A stretch of 61,297 nucleotides of DNA, filler included, from Sphacelaria rigidula (GCA_964200075.2; 8 parts of 8 records of this genome joined end to end with filler, not necessarily neighbours in it), one strand, 5' to 3'; counted from the whole stretch's first letter, positions 10,872 to 22,925 are shown. Notes: generated by a model not told the origin, from the letters alone. Numbers and translations: made by a program.

Positions 10872-12952
10872 GAGGATAAAATACTGTAAAAGGTGGTGTG
10901 CGAGGGCGATAAAACTCGATTGGCGTAAGCGGGAGTCAAGATTAGTGCTGCTGCACGGTGGTATGGGAAGCAGCAAACTTGTGTGTTTAGACACAGGCGC
11001 ACGAGCGTTGGGCTGTGCGTGATGTCCCAGGTGCTGAACGTCCGAAGTCTTGTACGTTGTTTGCGTTTAACATCGCCCCACTCTTTCCGCTTCGCCGTGT
11101 CCCTGTCCGCATGCAGTCGACATACAATCCATGGGGAAAGCCCGGTTCTGGGGCACCCCTTCGCCATCCTAATGGCGAGCTGGTGACCAACGTCAAGTGA
11201 GTAATATAGAGTATAACAGAAGTATACGTACTCTAGGATGTTGGGGGTGGCCATCATGTTCGCACGACCTATGGTGAAGCTCACACAATGGCGAACTTCA
11301 TGCCAACAGAGAAGGACCCCAGGAGCGAGTCTTTTTGCGGCGTTTTCCCTTACGAAGTAGAGGATCTCCGCAGCTAAGCCCACTACCTGCCGCTATCTAC
11401 GGGCGATAACTACCGTCAAAGATAGTTATCAATTTCGCCAAAATGCGCTACGATGAACCGGTAATTGAGAGTTTCGGCAAAACGCATCCAGTTTTGTCTG
11501 TCACCCAAAGAGACTGTTGGGCTATCAAAACGAATCGTCAGTAGTCCCTCTGCAAAGTGTTGTCAGCGTAACACGGCATGACGTGGCTTTTCCCCCATTT
11601 GCCTGAGCGGGCCCGTACGGTACTGTATTTGGATATGGCATAATACGCACCACATGGTCACCGCGCGCCCAAATCTGCATTTCAGTAGCCCCCACAGATT
11701 GAGTGGGGCTTCGATGGTCGGATACTTCGTAGCCCAAGCCGATGTTTCATAGCTCAAACAGTGACGCTGTTGTCTACCTTCTGGAGTCTAGGTTTTACCG
11801 GATACAGAAAGTCCCGCCGGTACAGCTTGCCCTGTATGATAGTGAAAATGAGTCGTATCCGTCCGTTGCTGCTCTATAGACAAGGTGCATCTCAGACAAG
11901 ACTTTCTCTGTCGGTACTCGAAGGCGTGAGCTACAAGTAAACGACAAGTGGTTCATATGTCGGGGAAACACCCCTTGTCATGGTAGGATCATACCTCGCG
12001 TGTGCGTACAGTCGTACTGGCCGCAGACGAGTGAAGGAAATTTGAGACTTTTACAGACACCACCCCTGCCGACTGTGTACTATTGACTGTACCCCAAACG
12101 CGCCCCGAGCTCACAGCTCACAGCACGCCAATCCCCCAACATGTGGGCCACACCTGCAACAGCCAATCTAACGCTAGAGGTATCTTGGGTCATCAGGCAT
12201 GTCTTGAATGTTTCCATGGCCATTAGTTCTATGTTGTTCTAGTCATGCTGCCTCTACTGGCGTTGTAGCAAGCAGAGAACTGCAAAGTTGAATCATCCCT
12301 GCCTTAGACTTGCAGCGGTCAGTTCTTGACATTTTTGCTAGCGGAAGCAGGCAAATCTCGTTGTGTTGACAAAAACGATGTTTTCATGTTTCTGGTGACC
12401 GCAACAGCGCAGGTGTTGATGCTTTTCCCGGGCCTAAGGCGGACAAACGTCACGCTGAGGAAAACGCTTTATCGAAACTCTCATCTGAAAAACGGATATT
12501 CTTTCTTGTAAGATGTGTGCACTTCGCGTCCCCAACTCTGTGCATTCTATATCTCAATAACCCGTCGTCGTCTCGCTCGGGTGCAGAGCATATCACCGCG
12601 CAAAGCAGCAGGGGCTGATTGCGCAAGATCTTTCGCCAAATGAGATTCGAGACGATGAAAAGCCCTTCGGATTCACGCTATTGGATGCAGAAGGTGTGCA
12701 GTAGAATGCGGTGATCCATGCCCTACGACAAGACTTTAAAATCACAGGGTATGTAAACATCTTCGTTTTCGCGAACCATTTCCCTGCGAGCATCGTGTCG
12801 GCACAGAGATGTGTTTGTTATCCCCGCTGAGCACGTATCGCGGAAGAGATGGGTTGATTCTTTGAGACTACAAACTCTTAACGGGGCAGGGGAGGGGATG
12901 AAAGTTTGAAGGAAAAAGCACACAAAATTTTCCGTGGATGAACGCAGGGGGG

Positions 12953-12993
12953 TGTACTCATGATCATGCATGCCATGGTCATGAGACCATTGA
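12953..12993 (-). mobile_element. 41-bp 5'-truncated copy of the poly(C)-tailed repeat with an 18-bp target-site duplication
   Basis: gatgaacgcaggggggtg at 12937-12954 and 12994-13011 flanks tactcatgatcatgcatgccatggtcatgagaccattga. Confidence 0.85.
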
Positions 12994-14344
12994 GATGAAC
13001 GCAGGGGGGTGGGTACACCTTTTCGAGCGGAGCGGGGAATATTCGAGGACCCATGGACCGCGGAATGGCCCGGAAGACAAACGAAGTGATCACGTAACGA
13101 TTCAAAAGTAAGAATATGCTCCTGTACAAGGGGACTAGGTTGGAGCAACCCGCTGTTAAGTCGTATTTTATCATTTTCTCGCGACTTAGGACTCGCTTTT
13201 GCGCTGTCCATCTGCCTGTCTTGCCGTCAACTAACTGTTCACGACGGTAACGCACCGACTATTCAAATACGGGCCGCGTGCAGTGGTGAAGAGCGACGAC
13301 ACATTCTCTGACCGTACTCTTGCATGGAGCCTTTGATTATACACGAGAATTCTGGACACCCTTGTCTACAGTACAGACACTATGCGGTATGCGATAAAAC
13401 ACGGCACCGTACCGTCTGTACACGTCCAGAAGAGCTTGGACAATGTGGAAGCAGCCCAACACCAAAACATGCTTGCGCGTGCCAGCACCTCTGACAATAT
13501 CGGCACTGTTTGATCAGAGTCAGAGACTATTGTGCTGCTTGCATACATCGCAAGAGTAGAAGGGTTAGCGATCGCACACCACTACATGCGGATGGACTGG
13601 TGGTAGACAGCGAATGTGTACACACGACGTGGCTTCACCATGTCACGAGATTCTCCTAGACTTTGCCGTATGCAAACACGTGAACGTCCCCTTGTTCCTT
13701 CAGATGGGCGTCTTACGTCGCAGAAATTTGGCGTTATTTTCCCGTTAGCTCACACGAATCTTTTGCATGGGGTCTCTTGATCACTTGTCAGGGCACTTGA
13801 AAACGGACCTTTGATACACGTTTCCGCACGCTACGCCGACACAACCCGCCTTTTGGTTGTCAGACTGTACAACCTCATGAGATCCTGGTGGCAATGCGCC
13901 TGCAATATACAATACCATATTTATGTTGCCCTCTTAAGCTTGCTGTTCGGATACTTGGTGCGAAGATACTTTCAGTATGATGCGTAGATCCTGGACCCTT
14001 GTTACACCTGTAAGAAAACAGAGAAAAGCTGGACAATATCATGGGGCGGCGTATCCACCGTGTTGCTTGTACCTGAGAAGTCCTCTGTCCATGTCAGCGC
14101 ACGAGTTGTGGTGATGTTTGAGCCGACGTAAGGACACATGCAGTACACAATTGTGTACGCGTCTCTGCAAGAGGGGTGCGATGCAATATCGTCTCTAACG
14201 GTGAGATGCGCGTAGAACTGTCCGATACCTGGCGGTGTAAAAGCTCTGTCGTAGATATGCGTATTTTGGAGTTACCTCGATTTCCGGCTGTGTGGCGCAA
14301 ACAAGCACGGAAAAACAGCCTTTTTTCTTGGCACGCCCCCAAAC

Positions 14345-14757
14345 TAGCCTGGGCCGGCGAGAACCCGGCGTTCTCCGTCCCGACTTTGTAGGGGCGGACC
14401 CCCGATGGGGTTGGCGTCGGTTGGCGATGACACTGTGAAAATACGCCATTTACTGCGTAATCTAGGCAACCTTGTTACCGGTATGTTTTTCGCGCTTGCG
14501 CTTTTTTTGCGGTAACCAGGATGGTATTATAGTCGAACTAGATCATGTTGTGCTGCGTGGGAGAACCTCAACTCCGCACAATGGAGATGATCGTACTACG
14601 TAGGGCTTGAAGGGTGAGGCACCCATGAGGCAGTGTATAAGCCGTGGCTGTCTCTGGAAGTGCCGATACCAGAAAATGAAGCAGCTCATTGTAGACTGTC
14701 ATCCAAATGCAAAATAATCAGTACGCTCGGGTCGAACAATCTTAGCAGGATGCAGCT
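14345..14757 (+). mobile_element. Poly(C)-tailed repeat copy with intact head, 3' part missing
   Basis: Reverse complement of 60-468; starts at the same point (gcctgggccggcgagaacccggcg). Confidence 0.85.
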
Positions 14758-15250
14758 GCCGCGAACCCTCACTGCTCGTAACGGATTATGGATCATATAT
14801 CGTAGTGCATCCTGGAGATGATGGGATGGCCTGTACTGACGTATCACCCACTCCAACTCGCCAATGATAAAAAAGAGAGGTTAACGTGTCTTTGCATACG
14901 AATGTGAACGTGCATTGCGATGTTAGATATACAAATAATTAGCAAACATATAATTCATAGTACAGTAATGCACAGTATGGTCTGCATGAAGCTCATTTAC
15001 ATAAAAAAAGTGTACGGGAGGCATACGGTCAGTTTGCACGCTTCTGAGGAACGGTTTGCAGGCTTGTGAGAGACCGTTGATGGCCTTTGTAACATGGTCG
15101 GCTTCGGGGCATCACAACGCTACATGTCACTCGCGAACACGGTGGGGTGGCCTGTCCTGTCGTATTGGCGGTGAACTGCTCCAAAGCGATGTCGAGGCCC
15201 TGCGAGGATGTTTTGGTGCCCTGTTCCCCCCCCCCCCGCCCCCCCCCCCC

Positions 15251-15350
15251 NNNNNNNNNNNNNNNNNNNNNNNNNNNNNNNNNNNNNNNNNNNNTTAATT
15301 AATTAANNNNNNNNNNNNNNNNNNNNNNNNNNNNNNNNNNNNNNNNNNNN
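15251..15350. other. Artificial contig linker
   Basis: N44-TTAATTAATTAA-N44. Confidence 0.98.
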
Positions 15351-15420
15351 TTTCACCGACGGTCTGACTCGAAATTTCGAGCAACAAATGGCCCAAAATA
15401 CCCCCCCCCCGCTATCGTAG

Positions 15421-15476
15421 GATGACTCCATGATGGTGGGACATACCCACATCATGATAGACCAGGTCTTTTCGAG
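15421..15476 (+). CDS. Exon carrying the GHTHxxIDQxFS motif of a Sola-like/DUF7869 transposase-related protein
   Basis: cgtAG acceptor, GTGCGT donor. DDSMMVGHTHIMIDQVFSR joins in phase (AG|G) to 16271. Confidence 0.7.
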
Positions 15477-16270
15477 GTGCGTCGGGATATTCCTTGCAGA
15501 CAACAGTGACGAGTGGAGGAAATCATGTATCTTTGTGTCACGGAAAAAAAAATGGTCGTTCCTTACATGAACCGTAGTGAATCCAACCAAGTCGTTGATT
15601 TTATCCAGTACACGAACGGACCCACCCATCACAAAAACCGGTGATGGTTACATCATCTACCCGCGACCCCGCTGTTCCTCCCCGTGACCACGTCAAACTA
15701 AGTTGTAATTCATCCGCGATTACGACGGGGGGCAAGGAGACACCATCCCCACCGCACTGGAAGGGATGAACGAAGTTGTTCGCCTTCTACTGCGATACTG
15801 CAGGCGTGAAACCGCACCCATCACTCAATACTCCCGCCATATTTTGGATTCCTTTTTTCGTTCATCATGTTGTCTTATTTTTTTCAGACGAGATCTCTTA
15901 CTGCACGAGTACCTCTGCTGTTGTTGACACGGGTCGCACAAGTCATGCGTTGCCTCCACAGACGCGGTGGGCAAAACCCTAAAAGCAGATGAAATAGCGC
16001 CTCCGGCAGCGATATTCCACGTCGACACGGTGTCCATATATATATGCGATTTCGAAGCGCCGTACGTGGACTGGACGTGAATCCACGATAATCCACAGCA
16101 CACGTACTTACGCTCCTAAATACCATAATAACATGGGTCGAAGAAACCCGCCTGATTTGGTAGTGGCATATTCAGGGATATGTTTTATGCGTACAGCGAG
16201 GTGGCGATGAGAAGAAATTTAGATGTATATAGCAAGAACCGACGACAAAAGCATTGGAATTCTTTACCAG

Positions 16271-17570
16271 GATTTCCATGTACTGCAAGGAAGTTTGCCT
16301 GTTCACGAGAAGGCAGCAGGCGAAAGCTTTTCGCAAGGCATACAAGGCACTGGAGGTGTTCACCACCACTCTTCGCTCCCTCGACAACTTCAAAGGAGCT
16401 GTCGGTGGAGGTGGCCGTGTGCTGCCCACTCGTGGCGTGACTCAGCCCCGTTCATTCGAAATCCGCCCAGCGGGGACGGAGCAGGTGACCGTCAGCATGA
16501 AGAAGCACATGCATACTACAGTCTTCACGGGAAAGACGGCCGCCGGGATCTACGAGGGAGCCCCTCACCCGCTCTTCCGCATGGGTGTTCCAGATCTGGA
16601 GTGCGCACCTCCGTTCGACCTGAAGGAGGTGGATGCCGCACAGCGAGATAACATACTGGCTCGCTACAACGCCGTCCACAGTCGGCTAGCTGCCCTCTAC
16701 CCCCTCCGTGCGTTGCACCTCCAAGCACCCCAAGCGGTGACACTGTATCCTGATTGCTGTGTACTCTATTTATTTTGTTTTCGCTGCGGACGGCGGGTCC
16801 AAGTTTCTCACCCTATTTCTCAGATCATTTTCCCCACCGCAGGAGCGCATCCTAGCGCTGAATACCTCAGATGCACTGCCTCCACCCTCCCGTGCGACGC
16901 GCAGATTTCGACAAACAGCAGGCCATCAAGGACGACATGGCGACGTTCCACCGAAAGGCTCAGTGCCGTGGAACCTTCCGTGTCATTGGTTCAGCGTAAT
17001 GGCGTGCAGTCATCTGGAGGATCACGGGAAGAGAGAGCGGGGGCAGATGGGGATGTTGATGTAGTCGAGGGGTCTGTGGGGGGGCGGAAGCCGCCTGTCG
17101 GTGAGGATCCGGGAAAAGGTGGTGTCGATAACTCAGTGCTAGGTAGCGGGGGCGACGGAGATGGCCATCCAGCAGGGTATGTTCCCTCGTTCGACAAGGG
17201 ACATTTTGTTTTCTTTCTCGGTGACAAAAGTCCGTTTTTGGTGGGTAGAGTTACGGACAAGCGCGAGGGGACCGATGGCGAAGCAGGAGTTCAGGTGCGC
17301 TGGTGGTCGCCGGCCACCTCCGCCATTCGAAACAACGCTTCTGCCTACAACATCGGCGAATACGGCAAAGGAAAAATCACAGCGCATTACAAGACAGTGG
17401 GAAACAGTGAAGGGTGTACAATGGGCAGTAAGAGCAAGAGACGAAAGTTAGTGCCGGACGTAGAGTGGATGCAAGCAGAGCTGGTTATCGCTCCGTGCGA
17501 GAAGCTAAACGTTGGTGACAGGATTCACAAGCCAGTATTGGATACAATGGAGAAGAGGGCCAGGGGTTGA
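16271..17570 (+). CDS. Downstream exon(s) of the Sola-like/DUF7869 protein, with a C-terminal beta-rich (SH3/Tudor-like) region
   Basis: tctttaccAG acceptor, then ISMYCKEVCLFTR...LRSLDNFKG. Long open frame to 17570; probable intron ~16735-16842. C-terminus FDKGHFVFFLGDKSPFLVGRV...VQVRWWSP. Confidence 0.6.
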
Positions 17571-18314
17571 TGCGTAGCACTCCTGTTTTTTCCTCATCGC
17601 ATCAGGCACGGAAGATTGGGGGCTTCGACTATCGTCGTGATGTCGTGATTCAGCACGTGAGGCCTCCGGTTGCCCGGGTGGATCCCTAAGTGACCTGTTG
17701 GAGTGCGACCAGCATAATCAAGGGCCCATGGATCCGTGACGAGGTTAATCTATTTCTTGCTAAGAGTTCCTCCCACACTATCGCCTGTCGTAGGGCTGTT
17801 GTTGTGTCGAGTGGTCACCATTGCAGCGGCATGTATGCTCGAACCTGGTAAAATCCGCACGGATATTAGATATCATTGCCTTCTCTAGAACGCGTTGTCA
17901 CAATATTCCATGATATCCCATGTATAAATCCTGATTTGGTATGCGCTCGTCTCCGGGATAGTGAAAAGCTACTTCTCTCCTCATGCCCGTCAGTGACGAT
18001 CAGCTAGACGCCGTATATTTTCTGCTGGACACGGGCTCGAGGCACCACAGTGAGAACATCATGGACAATCAATCGCTCTCCCATGGACAAATTGTTGACA
18101 TGGTTCCCGCTTTTTCTTCTGACCATGGTGAAGTTTGACGCCGTCCGTCGCCCGCAGCTAACCAGGGATGGGCGGCATGTGAAACCACGGACGCACTTCC
18201 TACTCCTCCTAAAAATTGCGCATCAGCAATATCGTGCGGTACTCTTGAGGGCTTCTTGATGTTCAACGGCTAGAGTCTTCAAACCTCATTTCATTGATGA
18301 ACCTCATTTTATAG

Positions 18315-18932
18315 AGCCCCCTGTTATGGGCAGAGCAGCCGGACCAAGTCGGCATCTCTGCAGACAGCGTCGAACAGCTCCAACCACCGGCTGCCGCACC
18401 AGCTGTCGCAGGAGAACCGATTTCCGAGAACCAGGAACCAGGTGACGCGGTTGATAGACCAGGGCCCGAAATAATTGAAGAAGTGATCACCGGGGGGTCC
18501 CAGGAACCGGTTCTTGACAACGGCCAACCAGTTGTGGGACAAGAACCCATTCCCGAACCATTTCTCGACGGAGAACAGATTTCTCAGGTTCCGGAACCGC
18601 TCGACGAGGTTCAGGAACCGGGTCTCAACGTCCTTCACGAACCGGTTCTCGGGTGGGACGGCGTAGGCGCAGCGACAGCAGGGGTTCCGATGCGATGGGA
18701 AGCCGAACGAGAAGTCGACGTTGCTGAAATCTTCGTCGACGTGTTCTACGATGAAGTTCAGGCCGGGCGGGCCGTACTTTTCGCCGAGGAAAACCCGCAC
18801 TATACGGCCGAGCAAGCCGTATTCGCGGTCGAACGACGTGATTTGGAGCTGGAGAAAGTGACGAGGAGCATCACGAGCCCCTCATGTGAGTTGGATGATG
18901 ACCGTGTCGTGAACGGCTGCACAGTGAGGTAG
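18315..18932 (+). CDS. Acidic Glu/Pro-rich low-complexity exon/ORF with QEPxLD repeats, function unknown
   Basis: ttttatAG acceptor followed by ~205 open codons with repeated caggaaccg motifs. Confidence 0.45.
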   Translation, partial: SPLLWAEQPDQVGISADSVEQLQPPAAAPAVAGEPISENQEPGDAVDRPGPEIIEEVITGGSQEPVLDNGQPVVGQEPIPEPFLDGEQISQVPEPLDEVQEPGLNVLHEPVLGWDGVGAATAGVPMRWEAEREVDVAEIFVDVFYDEVQAGRAVLFAEENPHYTAEQAVFAVERRDLELEKVTRSITSPSCELDDDRVVNGCTVR

Positions 18933-19633
18933 AGTTCACTATATATTTAGCAGAAATCGCTATTGAATAATGCAGCTGCGTTGCTGTGGTCCATTCGGAA
19001 CAATCTACAGTATCCGGTACATTTTTCAGGTACGCTTGCCCGACCCCCTACATAGCAAGAACGAATCGCAAAAACGGTAGGGAACGGTACATTTGTCAGT
19101 ACCCGCAACAACGTTTAATCATTGCAGCGCTCAGTTGCTCAAATGTTCTTTGTTGGCTTGGGAATTTCCCATACCCTGACTAAGGTATGGTCAATAGATG
19201 CGACAGGAAGCGCATGTCCCGGGTACAATATAAGCCTATTGCATCTATTGATCATCTTATTGTGTCTAGGGTGTGGAATCTTCAGAGGGTTCGGAATAAT
19301 TGTTCTGTTGAAAACACAACGTCTCCGTAGAAATATGGAGATCTGGGTCCGCTGGGACGTTGCCGCCGAAAGATACATCAAAGCTTTCCATGTGCCGTGC
19401 AAAAGCTCTCGCATGACCCATGCCCCCCACCAGGCACAAGTGTCCCCCATACGATCATGTTGGAACCGGACGGCAAAAGCGAAACCCTCAAATATTTTCC
19501 CGTCTGGTGTGCCCAGCTCGCCGAAGATATATGCTCCACCACACATTATACACTTTTGTTCAAATGTCTGAGTAATGCACGTAAAACAACCAAGCCTCTC
19601 TCGCCGCTGTGTCATGCGTTTTTGCCGTTGCAG

Positions 19634-19793
19634 TGCAAGTGACGGCGGCAACTCTGAGGCAGGTAAATGCCGAGCGAAGGTGGATTAGCACGGCGGCCCG
19701 CGTTCGGCTGGACTGGAACAGAGGGGAGGCAGCAGCGATACAACGGCCAACTGCAGCTGCCTGCGCTCACCTCGTCGAGGCTCTGTATGGCAG
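19634..19793 (+). CDS. Exon of an unidentified gene
   Basis: ttgcAG acceptor, GTAACC donor; phase-2 end joins 20089 (LYGR|RYQLRS). Confidence 0.6.
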
Positions 19794-20088
19794 GTAACCG
19801 GCCATAGGGTGACAATGTGCAAAACCATGGCTTTTCTATTTCATTTCTCAATGCGTAATTTGTAACCACTAAATTGCAATATTGCTTCTCTCGCCAACTC
19901 ATCTTGCATACTTACATGATTACACCACCTACTCAACTGCCGTCGGACGGGAATCCCATGCAACATAGTAGCCACGCAATCGAGCTGCAAGTATTTGTCG
20001 CCTGAACCCCCCCCACCCTACCCCCGTCTTGTCGCCCTCTGAACGTCATTCCCGCTCCGCTCCCGTGGCTGTCCGGTATCCCTGCCAG

Positions 20089-20495
20089 GCGATATCAGCT
20101 CCGATCGACGACGCTCGGGGAGGAGGAGAGATTGGCCGATGCGTGGACGGCGCTCTGGGGGCGACGGTTGAGGGGCGCGTGTCGAATAAGCGGGGCTTCT
20201 CTGGCGTCCGACTTACCCGGTCGCCGAGCTGTGCAAACAGCGACAGCTGAAGTGAACTCGGGGAATGGCAGGAGGGGTGACGGGGTTGACGGCGATGTGT
20301 CAGCGGTAATCATGACGGCGGCGCGACGAGTAGCGTTTTTGGAAACGTACCCTGAGCACGCTTGTGCGGAGCAGGCTCCCATGATGAAGGCCTTTTCCAA
20401 GAATAACTGGGGTGCCGTGGAGCGGGCGGGGGAAGAGGCGACGGCGGAACGGGCGCTGGAGTTTCAGAGGATGTGGCGGAGGTGCTGGGGATCAG
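20089..20495 (+). CDS. Exon of an unidentified gene
   Basis: cctgccAG acceptor, GTATGA donor; only one open frame, and it is compatible with the previous exon. Confidence 0.65.
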
Positions 20496-21144
20496 GTATG
20501 ATCATTTACTCACTAGCAACGAGTGCGTGAACACCCGTGCAAAACTTGATGAATAGATCGATTGATTGTCCGCATGCTGAAGTAAGTGATCCCCGAGCGA
20601 ACTGGTCTCGGTCAAACCGTGAGGATGAACAGCCAGGAATCAGCGTCAATGAGTGAAAGGGAGAGGACCATGCAAGCTGTACGTTACTGGATGTGACGAG
20701 AGCGCACTAGATGCTAGTGAGGCACGATTCCTGGGCTGAATCATTTTGCTCTTTGAAACAGAGCGGCTCTGCCGAATGAGCGACCCCACACTCGGGTCGT
20801 AGGTGGAGGCAAGTCAACCCGCAAACAAACGCACAACGCAACCAAAGCAAGGCGCATACCAACCCCAGGAAGGGTTCGACAAGCACACGAAAACCAACTG
20901 AGAGAGCAACGGGTGTGTCTAGCGCACTCACCTACCCGGAGCAGCCGGCGGCCCGAGCGTAAACAGTCGGTGACGTAGCGGCCATCTACTCGTGCAGCGA
21001 GCGGTTGTCAGCAACTACCCTGAGCTCACGCGGCACATGCGCGGCAAGCATGAGGCAAAACCGTGGGTGGACATACATGTCAACTGATGATTTCTAGTTG
21101 AGGCAAAGTCTCTCAGGCACAAGCTGTCTCTCCCCCTCCCCGTC

Positions 21145-21255
21145 CTGCTCCGTCTCGGAAGGGATGCGTGGTCAAAAGCCACACGACCAAGGCAAGCAAC
21201 AAATGAGTACGTCCCCACCTCCACACGCCCCCAAGCTTCTCCCGTGAGATTGTTC
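21145..21255 (+). repeat. Dispersed ~110-bp repeat, second copy at ~32648-32757
   Basis: tgctccgtctcg.a...ga.gcgtggtcaa...acgac.aaggcaag.aa.aaatgagtac shared between contigs 3 and 5. Confidence 0.75.
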
Positions 21256-21381
21256 CAGTCAAGACTATGCAGAAAAATAACTGCTTCCGTGTCGGATCCA
21301 AGGATCTTCAACCCAATACCCTCTCACAACGTGACTGCACCCTCCTTCCCCACCCGTCTGTCATTTTGGTAGTTGTTGCAG

Positions 21382-21621
21382 GATTTCGACGGCTTCGACA
21401 GCGGCGGCGCCAGCGACGAGACATTTGAAAGGGTGCTCGATGCATACAACACACACACATCGCGTTGGAGAACGACCGGCCACTCGCGGTCGCGCTGGGC
21501 GGCTGGGGCGATTCGCTTTCTTTCGAGGACAGGCGAAGGTGCAGAATGGCCGAAGCCTGGGGGCGGCGAAATCGCAAAAGGATTGCGACTCAACGGTTCG
21601 GAAGGACCTTCGGAAAAGATG
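21382..21621 (+). CDS. Exon of probably the same unidentified gene
   Basis: ttgcAG acceptor, GTAGGT donor, 80 GC3-rich codons in phase 0 (DFDGFDSGGASDETFERVLDAYN...). Phase does not match the 20495 donor. Confidence 0.5.
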
Positions 21622-22051
21622 GTAGGTACAAAGATCGATCTGTCAGTCGGTTGGTTGATTGGTTGGTTGATTGGTTGTCTCACGTTGAAGATATTGGTAT
21701 CTTCAGTACAAGATTATTCAAGGAGGAATATATCTACAGTCATCTTCCAACACGGTCCCATTTGGTACGTGTACATGGACTCAAAATGACGACTGTACGA
21801 AGACCGCCGTCAAACGGGTGAGTGGTCGATCTGCAATGTATGATTCCAGTCGTTGCTACAACCAGATAGACGTACGTAGGTACATGCTTTCAGCGACGTC
21901 CATACCCAGAGCATTGATCGCATAAACGGGAACAGCTCGCCAGATTCAACGAAGAGATCTCGAGAAGAAAGTCACCGTACGAGACAGCGGCGTCTCACCC
22001 AGCCTTCGGGCTTGCCGCGATTGACTTCTGAAACGTTTTAGCATTTCATTT

Positions 22052-22167
22052 CTACACGGGTGGCCACTGGGGTGGCTGAAACCTCAAATTTGGACGTTAC
22101 GGACGTTGCACAAGGTCTGTAACGTCCAAACGTAAGGTTACAGGCACCCCAGTGGCCACTCGTATAG
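22052..22167. repeat. 116-bp hairpin (palindromic MITE or pre-miRNA-like)
   Basis: tacacgggtggccactggggtggctgaaacctcaaatttggacgttacggac pairs with gtctgtaacgtccaaacgtaaggttacaggcaccccagtggccactcgtata. Confidence 0.85.
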
Positions 22168-22925
22168 TGTTAAGTGTCTATTATGTATATTTCGCTCAAC
22201 AATGGGGTGCTGGTCAGTTGATTCCAAAAGTGAATACATGTGTGGTTTATGGGTGGATTCTTTTGTGAGTTATCATCTATACGGCAGTCTACAAATACAC
22301 CACAAAGATGGGCACAGGGTAACCGGAAGCGGAAATCCTAGGCTTCTGATCCAGACCTACTCTCTCTCTCTCTCTCTCTCTCTTACTATATTAAAAAACG
22401 TCGGTTTTCCGCCATCGATGGAGACGCCCGAAGATCCAAGAAATAAGTATATCTATACTACTGAAGCTTCCTCGCAGCATAGTAAGGTCTTGGCCCCTAC
22501 CGTACGACGCTGCTGCCCTTCGCCCCTCCACGCCGAGCACTGACTATCCTTCTCATTGTTCTCGCGCTTTTTCGCGTTTAATCTTGTTCACCGACCACGT
22601 CTACTTTTGTGCTTGCAATAGTTTTCACCACCACCCCCTCCTTCCCCCCCGCTTCACATCGCAGCGGTGACGACGGCTCCACTGCTGCACAAGGCAACCT
22701 CTACCTCTCTGCAAGTGTGTACATGCGGCCTGGAGTCCGCCATAAAAGATGCTGCAGCGTGGGTGCTGTACAATTCTCAGGAGTATGAAGAGGCGGTTTC
22801 TGAGATGAACAGGCGAGCTGCTTGTTGATTGAAAGGGAGGGAGGGGACGGGGGGGGGGGGGGGGCGTGCTCAGTTGTTGCTTTCCTTAGTCCTCTACCCA
22901 TTGCCCACCCCTCCCTTCCGAGAGG

